A stretch of 64,000 bases of DNA from Dipteris shenzhenensis (taxonomy: Eukaryota). Under the pieces are notes generated by a model. That model ran no database searches. It was not told the DNA's origin and saw nothing but the letters and a program-made list of their open reading frames with translations. Location: the NCBI GenBank assembly GCA_047967505.1, contig CM106538.1; one strand, 5' to 3'. Numbering within the stretch: position 1 is the first letter of the stretch; every line of letters starts with the position of its first letter. Positions 50,714 to 64,000 of the stretch are shown piece after piece. Position numbers and translations under genes: made by a program.

Positions 50714-51972
50714 ATATACCTAGATGAATCCATGAACATTTCCAAACCCATCCTCTAAAAACACAACATAGTGCAGTTTCAATCTCATGATAGTCACACA
50801 TAAGATTGAAAACCATAAACTCCATCACGCATAGCAGCGACTAGCTACTATGACATCCCCACTGACGTCATCCGCGCCCAACAGTGGGTGTAAACCATCG
50901 TATAAAAATATGCTCTCACACGGACGTGAAGGGCAAACTCAGCCATGACAAAGGCTAGCACTAACAGAGAAGGCTAATAAAAAAGTAGTCCAATATCTCT
51001 TCATTCAAGCTGCAACTGCTTGTGAAGTCTTAACGATTTCATTTTAGTCTCTCCCAAGCGAGCATCTAAATCTAGCTGATAGGGCAACGCACCATTTAAG
51101 ATAGTAAGAATTATCGCAATACCAGCAGGCCGCAACTTGGATGCAAATCCATATGTGCGTGTGTGTGTGTGTGTTTTTCCTATCAAACAACTATCCTACT
51201 ACCCTCGGGCATCAACTCCATATATATTATGTTACTACCCTCGTCCAAAATTTAGGGTATGGGGAGACGAGGTCCATATAAAATATGCATGGATTTCTTA
51301 CAAAATTTATAATATATGCAAGGAAAAAATATGAAAATATCAAGGGGCGTCCCACAAATGATAAGGAATATACCTTGAAAAATATGCAAGATTTTAAGAT
51401 TTGTACATATTTTGCATAATATGTGAGACCCAAAGGGGAGGTTTCACAAGGTGAAATTTGCATGTCCGCTAATATGGCAGAGGCATATACCTAGATGAAT
51501 CCAGGAACATTCCCAAACCCATCCTCTAAAAACACAACATAGTGCAGTTTCAATCTCACGATAGTCACTCATAAGATTGAAAGCCATAAACTCCATCACG
51601 CATAGCAAGGACTAGCTACTATGACATCCCCACTGACGTCATTAGCGCCCAACAGTGGGTGTAGACCATCGCATAAAAATATGCTCACACACACAAATCC
51701 ACACACCCACACATACTTGAGCATCCATTTATACAAAGTCTTCGTATTGAGTTTTTGTCGACACTCCAGACGTGAAGGGAAGAGTCAACCATGACAAAGG
51801 CTAGCACTAAAGGAGAAGGCTAATCAAAAAGTAGTCCAATATCTTTTCATTCGAGCTACAACTGCTTGTGAAGTGTTAACGATTTCACTTTAGTCTCTCC
51901 CAAACGAGCATCTAAATCTTGTTGATAGGGCAACGCACCATTTAAGATAGAAAGAATTATCGCAATACCAGC
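50714..51972. repeat. Two direct copies of a ~420-490 bp module (50714-51125 and 51486-51972), with a partial third copy at 47137-47270
   Basis: Shared CTAGATGAATCCA.GAACAT...CATCCTCTAAAAA...AACTCCATCACGC. Confidence 0.9.
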
Positions 51973-53938
51973 AAGGAGCAGTGGATCAACCACTTTTGGG
52001 TCTACATCCAAGAGGAGAAAAGTGGGCTGGAGGGCTGCAGACTAAGCTTGGAGAAGCTGCCCACCTAGGCTACGAACCCGGGTAGTAAGGTGGAGGGATT
52101 AGTGGACGGAGAGTCTACATAAGCTTAGAGGAGGCTTAGGGATCTAGTAGAGCCAAGGTGATAGTAGTACAGCTTTTGGTAAGGACTAAAGACCACGGTT
52201 TGGTGGGGCTCGGGCCTCTTGTTTATTGTATCCACTTGTGGACTGAATTTGTTGGTGCTATATCTCTCTTGGATCTGTCTATTTACTGGCTTGCACAAAT
52301 ACCTATGGTTGTGACGTACACACAAGTACAGAAGCTTTGATTATGTGGTGAAACACTTCCGTGTGTGTTTCCTGGGGATGCTCTATCAGTGTTCTGATGC
52401 GGGATACCCTCTATAGGGATTTCGTTTCTAACAGACATTAAGGCCCAAAGAGTACACACAAACTTAACAATCCAGGCCCTACAAAATCAAAGGAAGGAAA
52501 GTCAAGGGCAGCCAGGAGGGCTCCATCCCAGAGGGCCAGCACCCCAAACACATCATTGCATGCAAGCACTAGAACGGTTCACATGCAAACTGCTTGCCAC
52601 CCCAAGGCTCCTGTCGCCATCACTAAAGTTCTTGCATGGAGCTCAAGGCCCTTCACATAGGAGATTGCAAAGCCCATTCATGCATGCGTAAAATGACCAA
52701 AACAAGACAAAGAGTGAAGGTTCAATTGGATAAGAACGACATACACGTGACATGGGACGTGGAGATCCATACAACAGTGTACATCAGGCGGGAAAGTTCA
52801 AAATAAGGGCCACGTCATCAGCTCTTTTCAACATCAACCTACACCCTCTGCATCTGCCCTGTCACTTTGCAGAAGCCCATAGCAGCAGTTCCTATCATAT
52901 ATGAGTAGCCTAGTCTTGAAACCTGCCAGCAGTCTTCCCAAAATATCCACAGTAGCAGCCTCCATAATGCAGCCAAATCAACAATTCTCGACAATGCAGG
53001 CACATCAGCATTGACTTGTACCACTGACCCGGTACAGCAAGGAGTACTTGTTTTGAACTAGGGAACACTTCTTACGTAAAAATTCCTTCTTGTATAAGAA
53101 TAATAAGAGTGCTGTGTTGAAGCTCAAAACCATGACACACGCACGTACACGCAAACATAAGCATACAATGTCTGCCTTCTTGATACCCATTTTCCATAGC
53201 CCACATCTTCTCCAATAACTTGCAAATTCCCTTCCAAAAAAAACAGTTTAGTCTCAGTCAAGTGTTGAGAGACACACGCCTGAAAGAGCATACACACCAC
53301 TGAAATGAATGTGCCTTGGAACAAATTCTAACAAACTGAACTTTAGCAAGGCAAAATATGCAGCTATATGAATCCATGTACAAATATTAACCCATTGAAT
53401 CAAACTAGATCATGTAAAATAAAAATCAAAAGTGTCATTATAGTGTCATCATGTTCATCCACAAGATTAGGAGCCATTTATTATGCATGTCAGCGCCCAA
53501 TCCAACAAGATCTGCACCCATTTTGCCAATACCTAATGGTGGGTGTATATGACGGTATGCACATATGCTGTCACATATGCTCACACATCCACAGACATAC
53601 ATGTGTGAGCATGCAACCATAAATCCAGGTATAAACCTGGAATTGAGATACATTGTTGGTGCAAAGTAGCACCTTTTGAGGTATAAGAACGAATCTGCTT
53701 CATACAAGACATGCAAGCGTGCAGCATCTCATTGTTCCATGTATACCTTATCACCCACAGAAATCTTTTCAAGCATGATACCTTCACAGAATGGAGGCAT
53801 ACAGTTAAGAAATCTAGATCCTCAAGAATCATTAGCTTACAAAATGCCTTCTTGCTTTATTAACAGCAAAGCCTCACAATCATTCCCCATGTCATGAGAA
53901 TTGGCCTTACCAACCTCGGTGACCAATGTCACCGAAGG

Positions 53939-55941
53939 TCAAACAAATTGTTGACTGACAACCAATATTACCTTGCCTTCCTCGGCAATGGTCTGATGCT
54001 CAAGCTTTAGGTGAGTCACTTCTTCTTTTACAAATAGCCTCTCATCTTCTGTCAACCATGGAGAAAGCCTGAGAAAAGCACTAGGTCTTCCCTCCTTCAC
54101 CGAACATCCAAGAGATACATCACCTTTCAAACTCTCAGCTCCACATGAGAAGTACTTAAGCCCCACAACTTTGTCAGAGCTGATTTCAAAAGTCTCATGG
54201 GCAAAACCTTGCAACAGCTCTGTAATTGCAGTGCACCATATTGGCTCAGCCACACGCAAGAACTCATGTATGGTTAGCAAGGGAAGTAAAACTTTACCCA
54301 ATTTGGTCTCATCAGGATCCCCCCTCCCATGGAAATCTGATCCTCCCAGCTTTACAAGCTGATAAGTCTCCGCCAAAGTTGCAAATCCTACAAGCCAGCA
54401 AAATTGCACAACCTGGATAGGCATAAGATTCTAAGGGTCTCCTGGCAGAGTATGATGTAAAAGAATGGGAGATGTAATCCAGAAACACGAGAAATAAAAA
54501 ATAAGAATCCTTACCGTCCGCTTTTCCATCACCCCTATACACTTCCATTGCATGAAGACCTGCGAGTTTCAATCGTTTTATTACAGAGAGAGGATCTTTC
54601 AGAGTCCAAGGATGAGCAAGTGCAGCAACCCCTCCTGTGTCACAAATCAGGCGTACAGCATCTTCAGCAGCCAGTTCATAACCCCTACAACAGAAGCAGA
54701 CATCAGAATATGCCAAATTGCCTCACCCATTCGTAAGAGAGTTCAGATAAGGGGACACGAGACTGCTTTCTTACGGGGCATAAGCAGGTCCCCCATCATA
54801 AAGGTATTTGTTGAAAGCCTCTCTCACACTCTCCACATGCCCAGCCTCAACCATTGCCCGAGCGACATGCACCCTCCCTGGTGCAACTCCAGCTCCAGCC
54901 AAGGTGAGAATCTGCTCCAATGTTACTGGTTTTTTTAATATTCTCAATTTGTTGACCATGGCTTCTGCTCGATAATACCGTCCTTCCCGTATTCTGGCTA
55001 AACTCTTCTCCAACTCCTGCCATCTTGCAGGGCCGCAACAGCTATAGTAGCCAAGTATGTGAACAGGCTCTTCACGTCCAGTTCTAAACAGAGAAACAGA
55101 AAATTATGGCCTAAGCTCATCGTAGGCTGAGCAGCACTACGTAAGGAGGTGCAGCTGTGGGCAGTCTTTGAAGATAAATCAATATGAGAGATCGTCTTTT
55201 ATAACGCAGCCAGAAGATTGGTTCATAGGTGAATGTGTCATAGGACTAAGAAAAACGGAATCACACATGCAAGAGGCAGAAAAAGAACCGCATAGCACTC
55301 TCTTGCAGAAAAAGAACCACATAGCACTGTTCTAAAGAAAATACCAAGCGTAAGAGGGAATTACACCTACCTTACTACTTTTGCACTTATTTCCACCCCG
55401 GGAATTAGCCTTATCCCAAATCTGTTTGCCGTTTCCAATGCAGCTGGTACGCCCGCCAAAGTGTCGTGATCTGTCAACGCAAACACCTGCACCTGCTTCA
55501 TCTATATATTATAAGCTAACCTTTTATAGGACTTGTTACCTATCCAATGCTTATAGCTCGCCGTGTTCGAACATTAACGAATTGATTTCTACCCAGATGA
55601 TCAAAACCAGATTTGAATCATTGAAGCTAAACAAAACCAAACAGACGAAACGGAATAGTGGATACCCCACTCATAGCAGCTTTCTCTAGCAGTTCGACCG
55701 GCGAAAGCATTCCATCACTGCAAGTACTATGGGAGTGAAGCTCTATGATGGGAGCTTTCCCGGATGCGGAATGGTCTACTCGAACCCAATCTTCAGAAGA
55801 GGAAATGTCTGCGGCAGCTGCGGATGCTTCTGCATCGATATCAGTATACAGGGAAGCCCACCGAGATACATACTTTGCTGCGGCCGACACCTGCTCGGAG
55901 CCTCGCTTCTTCGGATGCTTCTTCTTGCGGCCTTTGCCCAT
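53939..55941 (-). CDS. PHP-domain phosphoesterase (YciV/TrpH-like); exons 55666-55941, 55371-55492, 54775-55083, 54515-54684, 53939-54387; 441 aa
   Basis: PHP motifs ELHSHSTCSDG, ALTDHDT, IPGVEIS, VHILGY, LAHP and GGSDFHG. All four GT-AG introns join in frame (1326 nt in total). Confidence 0.93.
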
Positions 55942-57879
55942 TGCCGTCTTCTGGTGGGAGCTTCTTCGATCTTAGGTCTTCTTCTGGGATAGCTGTGGCA
56001 ACAACAATGTGCATACGAGTAAGTTTTGCGTTTCGGGAGGGGGCCTGAACTTTATCTGCCCGTAGCGAGGCAAGCCTCCAGAAGCGGAAGGTAAACTTGC
56101 GTGGGAGGATCATTCAATTGATGCGAGTACGCTACTGCTCGAGAAACAGGGGAAGAGAGAGTCACGATCGGAGCTCTCACTCTCTACGAAAGCTTTAGCG
56201 TCCGGTCCAAAGCTGCTTTTCTCTGTTCCTGTGTTCCAGATTCCGGGTTCCGACACCGTTTTTTGTTCTCACGTTTCTGCAAGCCTGAAAACGTCTGGAG
56301 GAGATCCAAAGATCCAAATACAGAAACCAAAATCGTACGGGATTGTGGCAGATTGTGCGGGTCGACGTCGCTCACGCCAGCGCGAGAGCCAGAAGAAGCA
56401 TCTCTCGGGGGCGATGCCGCGGAGCATTCCGGCGAAGCGCATGGAGGCAGGCTTCGCCGATTGGCTGGAGGTCGCATCAGCGGCGAGTTTAATCGTAGAG
56501 CACTGCCCCTAAGTGGTTCAGTTGTTCCGCTTTCAAAGGGCCTCAAATTAGCAACTTTCTAGTACTCAGGCAATGCTAACAAAATTTTGTTACCATTACA
56601 GCTCTTGTGTACTCAACACCCTCACCCACATTCACTCATCTTGGCTCCCCGGAAAAAACAAGCCCTTCCCCCTCTCTATTTTGTTTTCAACATCATTCAC
56701 TTCCCCTCTTCCCCCTCTCTATTCTTATTAACTTCATTATATCATTCCCTCTTTCTATTTTTGTGAGCGTAACACAGGTTACTTGATATTAGAAAGACAA
56801 ACACGCTGAACAGCTTCCTGTGGCCTGCCTTGGAGATCCAAAATGAAAAAGAAGACAATGGTATGCTTAGGAGGGACAGAGAAAGAGAGAGAGCGGAGTG
56901 AATGACGAGAACAGAATGGCGCTAACTAAAAGTGGACAACAAATTATCCAAAATTTTGAAAAATACACAAAATCTCCTTTTTCATTTCTGCTGCAAAGCC
57001 TTTACTAAGACCTGCACCTACGGCACGCCAAAAAGAATTACAGTGCAAGCCGCGCAAAGTTATGCTCTGTGTAAAATAGAGGATGCAAATCCCAAATCTG
57101 AACCTTTCCTATCACTATAGATAGGAACACTGTTCAATTTGTGCACCAAATCACAAGCCCAAGACTTTGGAATCGGTCTGTGAACACAACAGCATTTCTT
57201 AGGCCTAGATAGAAGAAAATTATCCTTGAAGACTTTCCATGAAGGAAAGTTTACCCACACGTAAAGATCCGCGGTCGAAGAGGTTGGAAAGTCTGTCCCC
57301 ACACGGAACGGTCCGTGATTGGCGGAGGATCAATCTTCGTCATTCAATCAGGAACCTTTCAAAGACGGAATCACCAACTTTCAAAACCCGAGAGCACAAA
57401 AATCGAGTAGCCGCCAAACAGATGAATGAAAAGATGCCACATGTTAATCTCGAGACTAATGCATCAAGTTTCAAGCCCCTCCCACTGACCTTCCACATGG
57501 GGGAATTAATCGACATCGAACATTCTAGGAAGGAAAGTGTTTGGAATCCAGCTTGTGGCCACCGATCGCTCGTCGAATTCCTCGAATGTCCTCCCCCAGC
57601 CCATTCCCCTATATGTAGTCAGCTCCTAGCAATGAATGGGTTTCCAAATGCCTCTTGCAACCTTCACCTCCACATGGTCGATTTACCAAAAACAAGAGTG
57701 TAGGGTATACTTGGGCACTACCTCCTACTATATTGGTAAAGTGGGCTCTTTTGGATGAAAAGGAGAAAGCACATGCTTCCTTTTGTGCGTTAGGGTGCAA
57801 TTGCATTCCTTTGCAATGTTTCAAAAATTTTGATCATTAGAAGGGGAGAGACACAGAGACAGCAGGTGGTATAAGAGAG

Positions 57880-59066
57880 AGAGAGAGAGAGATTGCACTA
57901 CTCATCCCAAAAGACGTAGGCTCTTGGATGAAAGTCTTTCTTTTGATATGTTCTTACATTTCACACATGGTGCTCATGAAGAGATGCTGGTCCAAGAAGA
58001 TCTTGAGCTGGAGAGTAAAGAGGATACATCTCTGGACCTTATTGCACTAAAGTAAAAAACACTCGGGGGAGTAGTCTCTACTGAAGGACTTGATTTGGAG
58101 ACCTGTAGTCTTGTCCCTATGCTTCCATCCTTCACTATTCAAGGTCAAGAGAATTATGTGCTATTCATCGACATGCTCAACCTCTTTGACTTGAGGGAAG
58201 ATTACGCATTGCATTAATTGCTCAAGATTGTAGTTTAGACCGTGATGTTGGTATTCATGATGATGATTTGATGGTACGAGAAGATAAGGTTGAACCCAAG
58301 GAAGCACTCTTTACGTGATTTTGTCCTTCCAAAGGTTAGTGCTTCTTTTGAGGAGATGGATGATGAGACCTTAGCAGGTCCAAAAAAGATGAAACTCCAG
58401 CAACATAGAAAAGTAGAGAGTATCACAAAAAGAAGCACTAACCTTTGGAAGGACAAAATTTTGGAAGATGACGAGAACATGAAGGTAAACTATCACTCTT
58501 TTATTTGCTAGATTATTTTTATTATGCTCTGTGTCGTAGGTTTCTCATTACTTTCTGTTTGGCATTGCAGCTGTATTATTGCAGCTGTTTACTGCGGATG
58601 ACAACTTTCTTAAAAGATCAATTGGGAGCAGAGAAAGGGGTCTTGGATAATTGTCTTCCCTTTCACACTATATCAAAGAGATCCCTACTATTAAGATCCT
58701 TATACAATCAGTTAAACAATGATGGAGAGGATGCAGTCTATTTCTTCAGATGTTGGTCACAGCCCCTTGGTGGTTATCAAAAATTGGCAGAAAGACAAAG
58801 TTATTCTAGCTGAAAATTTTTATGCTTTGGACATTTTTGGGTATTATCCAGGCTAATAGTGCTCAAGGGCAGGGTACTTTCTCACTTACACTGCATATGT
58901 GCTTGCGCATGGTATTAAAGGTCCTCTACACTTGGATGGTTGTGGAAAGCACCATCTTGTAATGTTTAGAGAGGCAGTTTTAACTCCTAATGACAAACAA
59001 ATAGAACGTGGGCAGCTCAACAAAAGAGAAGCAAAAGAGTAAAAGCAAGGATATTGGAATTGCTAA
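57880..59066 (+). pseudogene. Decayed spliced gene of unknown family, convergent with the RAG1-like transposase
   Basis: Coding-like frames with scattered stops and a GT-AG intron at 58485-58570. The last segment reads GYFLTYTAYVLAHGIKGPLHLDGCGKHHLVMFREAV. The start is approximate. Confidence 0.45.
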
Positions 59067-59199
59067 TGTTACAAAGGAGACCAAGTCTCACAACAACAAA
59101 AAGTCAACTCGGATTTTGTATTAAATTTCTTAGAATACATCATAAATTCTCTGCTTTGCTCTAGTGAGTTGTACATTGTACTATCTGTTTATACACTTT

Positions 59200-61900
59200 T
59201 AAACTCTATCAATCAACGTGTGGTCCACAAAGATCTTTGACTGCCTCCATTCAGTATGTTTTTGTGCAGCTATTGATTTGTCCAGGATTTGTCTTCTTCT
59301 TTTCTTTTGTTCTTTTGTGCCATGTTGAAGGCTAGTTTAAGTTGTGATAAAGAATCTTTTCTTGACTTGTAGCCTTTGTAGTAAACCTGTATGAAATACT
59401 TATTTGAGACTATTTACCTTTTGTGCTCCTCCGAAATATTGTGTGAGTCGAGAAAACACATTTCGCGCAATGTAGTGAGACTTGTCCATTCCTTGTGTGG
59501 ACCAAATTATAGGGCATCCATAATTTTTTGACATAATATGGAAGTTGGTTATAGATAATATGCTGCAATCATAGAATAGATTAAGTCACTATTTTTGTGC
59601 TAGAAAATGCCTTAAAGATTTGCCTGACAGGATGAATTAAATTTTCTTACCATGTAGTGTATTATATTGCAACTTGTCCAAGCTTGTTTCATTGATTTTC
59701 CAAAAAAATCTTGCTCCTCTTCTAATGCACAATGATCATGCTACCTCTAGGTCTTTTTTCATAAAGTATGAAAAGCTTGTCCTAATGATTTCCATACTCT
59801 TTTTGAGCAACACCATCTACGTCATGATCTTGATAGCATTATGTACGAGCTTCCAAGGGGCATACTTCACTCTCAAAACATATCTTGACTGTCTACCAAG
59901 CTTTCTTTCTCTTTATGGTGTTGATAAAATTCTTCTAGCTTTGACTCCACCAATAGATTGCTTGATAGGAACTTCCTTTCCATTTGTTTTTCCAATGATT
60001 TAAGTACCTCCTTCCTATGCTTTTCTAGTTTAAGTCTCCAAGTGAATCCAATATTGAAAAAACCAACTTTTCAATGATCCGACATAAATCATGCAATGTG
60101 CATATATGTACATTGCACAAAGGAATATCAAGGACGTCTTTGAACTCTAGAACAATCTTATCTCTATTAGGCACTTTCCTCCACCATTTAGGATCCATGA
60201 CATGTGTTGGCTCCTTGCAATAAAGGCATGGAGATTTTGAATTGCCTCCTTTGCTTATGTTGAACATGCACTTGAGGTTCTTGATGTCCACTGCCATATG
60301 CCAATCCACTTGGAAATTAGCTTTGCCTTGGACATGAAGATGGCCTCCTTGAACTTGATTTTTGATGATTACTGGTATTTCTATGTGGTGAAACACCCAA
60401 TCAAGAGTCTCATGGCCCTTTGTCTTAACCTGCCATTAAAAAATCCAAGTCTATTTGAGTTATGTGGTTTTATAATCAGACATTAAGACATTATAAATAT
60501 GGAAAATCATTTGAAGTCCAAGTCTGTCCTTGCCTCCAATGAGCTAGCTACCAAATGTGCTTCTTTGATTGCACACTAAAATGCTTTGAGTTTGCTTTTG
60601 TAATAATTGATGGATCAAGAGCTCTATTCATAAGTGTAATTGATGGATTGAGAGCTCTATTCGTAAGTGTGATGGTCACTCTTTCAATCTTTTAATCAAT
60701 CTTTCAATCTTTCTATCCTTGGCAATTTCACATTCATTTAGAGCAAATATGAGATGTCCTTGGCACTCTTCAGATGTGATATCATAAAATTCAACCATTC
60801 TTCTTTGTAATTGTTGAAGATCGACAAACATCGCTATACATAGTTCTTCCCTTGTTACCTTTGTATACCCTCCAATATGCAAACAATGCCCAATAAAATC
60901 ATCTACTTGCTGGTTGACTGGACCTCTTAACTTCCACACTTCTTCAAGGTTTTGTAGGAGCACACAATCGATCCTCTGATATTTTAAAGTTGATGATACT
61001 ACTTTGAAAATAGAGGAGTAACATTTCTTGCTAGCTCCATTCTCATCAAGAGCCTCTTGGATTTAGTTCAATCAACTTTGTTGCTATCTACTAACTGTTG
61101 CAAAACGTTGCATTTGATGGTTTTTTTTTTCCTCGAGCATACTTTTTGCAACAGTAGTTGAAAATAAACGTTTTATTTGTTTCACTGGAGGCGCATTGGG
61201 ATCAACATTCTCCTTTTGAGGCTCTAAAATTTTTCTACAACAAGCACACGCACATAAGAGTTTTTCTCAATTGCCATTAACACAACAATATATGAACATT
61301 GTCTTTGTGCTGCATTCAAAATAGCAAAAGCCAAGAAAATCTTACCATGCTTCCTGAACACATCGCTTGCCCCCTCCACTACCGACTTTTAATTATACAA
61401 TGTTGCAAATTTTTATATTTCTAAGCCCGTCCCCCAATGGAGTTGCTTTCGTTCTTGCTTTCTGCAACTTCTCCTTTGTCGTTGTATGTTCTTCAATTTC
61501 GTTCTATAGTTTCTCTTTCAATCTGGATATTTTGATTATCTGTTGCATTTTCATGGTTGCCTCTTGCTCGTATAAACACTTATACATTTGCACAATTTCA
61601 TATTGGGATGTGATATATCCATGCATACCTTTATTTCCATTACCCACAAACTTCAGCAACGTTGTCAGATTAGAAAATGGAGGAGTAGAGTTTCTAAGTA
61701 GACATTGTGGTTGCACGATTGTGGTTGCACGCTGCCATTTTCTGGGCAACATCCCATTGCTTCAGAATTTCATCACCTTTTGATAAAACAAAGTGTTGAT
61801 GATGGTGATAAGCTTTGGAAAGTTTGAAAAACAAGGATATGGTGAGAGTACTTATGTGGTCATGACAGAGAAGCTGAACGGAGCGCCCAGACGACTGCAA
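59200..61900 (-). mobile_element. Decayed RAG1/Transib-like DDE transposase gene with introns
   Basis: Ordered motifs FALNE, GHETL, AVDIK..CLYC, TLHDLCRI, IGGVKARRIL, IIHYM|H and WSTQGMDKSH. Introns at 59563-59650 and probably 60430-60533. Confidence 0.7.
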
Positions 61901-62461
61901 AAATGACTAGAAAAAGAAGTGGCTTATTGGGAGCATTGAATGCAAAATCTCGTGGGATATGAGTGTTGAATATAGAATAATATCATTATTCCTCCATCCT
62001 CTGACATTTTTACATTTATTATATACAACTTATTAACTATTTTATTATTTTTGTGTAGTTTGGATGAAAGAATAAAGAAGAAATCGTGAATTTCTTGTAG
62101 GGGCCCAAAATGAGCTTCCTTTTTTCCTAATGTGATGTGATCAAGCATGGATGGTTGTGCATTCTATATGGAGTTTTAGATTTTGAAGAGCAATGGAGCT
62201 TGGTGCTAGATATGGCTCGAGACTTGAAGACTGGGAAAGACCAAGCCGAGCTCTTGCTCCTAGCTACAACGTCTGCTGGCCATTCACAAGCATTTGTTTA
62301 TGGGGATTTTTGGATCTGCAAGCTCATGGTGAATCCTTGAACTCATGGGTTCCAATTGCATTTGCTCAACTTTGATTTGTCTTAAAATTTGGGGTAGACA
62401 AGATACTAGATGTAGTTGAATCCTAGGGTGTGGGCACAATGAAATTATCAAAATTAACCAT

Positions 62462-64000
62462 CACAACTATAGATTGCACCCAAAGCGACACTTGCTAATG
62501 ACACGGAGGGCCAAAAAATTGTGTCAGAGTCATTTTGGGACAGATGATCCAAAAATTATATACTAGAGTCGTTTAATGACTCAATTTTTATTTTTTACTT
62601 GTTACTAGAGTCGCTCTCAGAGTCGCTATTTGAGTTGTTAGTTGAGTCTCTAATTGAGTTGCTACAAATGAGTGGCAAAACTACTCTAATAATGACCCAA
62701 AGCATTTGTATTCAAGTGCTAACGACCCAGTGTTGTTCGTCATTTCTACTCATTGCTGCCATTTTGTCTTCCTTCAAGCCTTTCTCCTACCATTTTATCT
62801 TCCTTCAGTCTCCTTCAATCTCTTGCCTTCCTTCAAACTCCTACAACCTCTCTTGTATTGCTACAAGAGAGCTTTTGCATTCCTTCAATCTCTCTTTCCT
62901 TCAAGAGAGCTTTTACACTCCATCAAGAGAGCTTTTGCCTTCAATCACATTCCTTCAAGAGAGCTTTTGACTTCAAGATCTCTTTCCTTCAAGCCTTACT
63001 TCAAGATCTCACCCTTGCATTTATTCAACCTTGCATTGCTCTTGCTCTATCGATCCCTTGCATTTGTCTCTTGCTCCCTTGCATTGCTCCCTCTCCTGGA
63101 TTGATCCCTTGCATTTGTCTCTTGCTTTGTTGCCCTCCCTCACTCCTTTGCATTGTGTCCCCTCTTTCTCCTTTTTCATCTGGATTCCTTATCATGGATC
63201 CAAGTAATCCAAATTTTGATCTATTGCTAGCCTTGGGAGAAATACTAGATGCCACAAGACTACCCTCACTTGATGTGGAGCAGACCACGTGTAGTTTGTC
63301 CTCTCTTCCTAGAGAGCAATTATCAAATAAAATTTGAGATTTGAATAGCTCTCAAACCAATGCCCTACCAAGATCTCAAAAGGTCTTTGTGAAAATTAGG
63401 GAACCTAATGAGACTTTCCTATCCATGGAGATACCACATGCCTCTCAAAAGGGAAAGGGCAAGGACCCAATGGAGGAGAGAAGATGTGAAATATAAGTGT
63501 GAGATGATCACAACTTCCAACGGCTCTTCGTAGTGTCCCATATTCACATGGTGACTCCACTAGGGTAGTATTGGAGAGCATGTGGTGCCCTTCGATACCA
63601 TTGGATCCTATTCCACCATCCCATGTCCACTCATCCACTGTAAGTCCAACTTCCACAAATATTCCTAACATGACTAGGGCTGGAGCATCTTTTTATACAA
63701 ATGCAACACCTTGTCAGTGTGTACATGCCTAACATCCACATTTACTAGAACTATGTATATGATGTTTTATTCAAAATTTTTGAAATATAATCTAGTTTCA
63801 CTAATTTGTTCAAAATATTTTGTAGGCATCAAGTGGAAGACAGCAAGAAGTTTATCATTGCCTAGTTGGAGAAGGAGTTTGGGAGTCACAATGCAATCCT
63901 CATGGAGATGTGAGAGCTCCTGAAGCATCGACGTGACATTGCAAGGTACAATTTTTATGTTGGGAACATTGTGTTATGGGATGAATTTTTCTCTAAATCA
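62462..64000 (+). mobile_element. Probable CACTA-like element left end and TnpA-like spliced ORF remnant
   Basis: CACAACTA start followed by GCGAC/GAGTCGCT subterminal repeats. ORF MDPSNPNF... and an exon at about 63825-63945 (LEKEFG...ELLKHRRDIAR|GT). Confidence 0.4.

Noticed and set aside
56184-56562. Separate small gene upstream of the PHP gene
   Set aside because: No motifs; consistent with a GC-rich 5' UTR or promoter region.
57880-59066. RAG2-like or TET/JBP dioxygenase identity for the partner gene
   Set aside because: No kelch or PHD pattern is visible, and a lone HLD tripeptide is insufficient evidence.
57040-62440. RSS-like TIRs for the RAG1-like element (TACAGTG near 57040, CACAATG near 62435)
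   Set aside because: They do not form an inverted pair and I found no TSD, so the element ends remain undefined.

Overview
Repeat-rich eukaryotic land-plant DNA, not prokaryotic. A large-genome non-seed plant such as a fern is inferred from sequence style and was not tested. Two intact spliced host genes are present: a CYPRO4/DEM/VID27-family gene (+, 2 exons, 23267-26119, 622 aa) and a PHP-domain phosphoesterase gene (-, 5 exons, 53939-55941, 441 aa). The rest is nested transposon debris: two inverted copies of one short-LTR Ty1/copia family with different deletions, Ty3/gypsy, LINE, PIF/Harbinger, CACTA and Helitron remnants, a class III peroxidase pseudogene and many tandem repeats. Two signals stand out. 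The first is a decayed, intron-containing DDE transposase (about 59200-61900, -) whose motifs line up in order with the RAG1/Transib core, lying tail-to-tail with a second unidentified spliced gene. The second is an array of eight ~38-bp palindromic repeats with variable spacers (12535-13140) inside a probable Helitron-like element. All homology calls come from motif recognition by eye; no searches were run.
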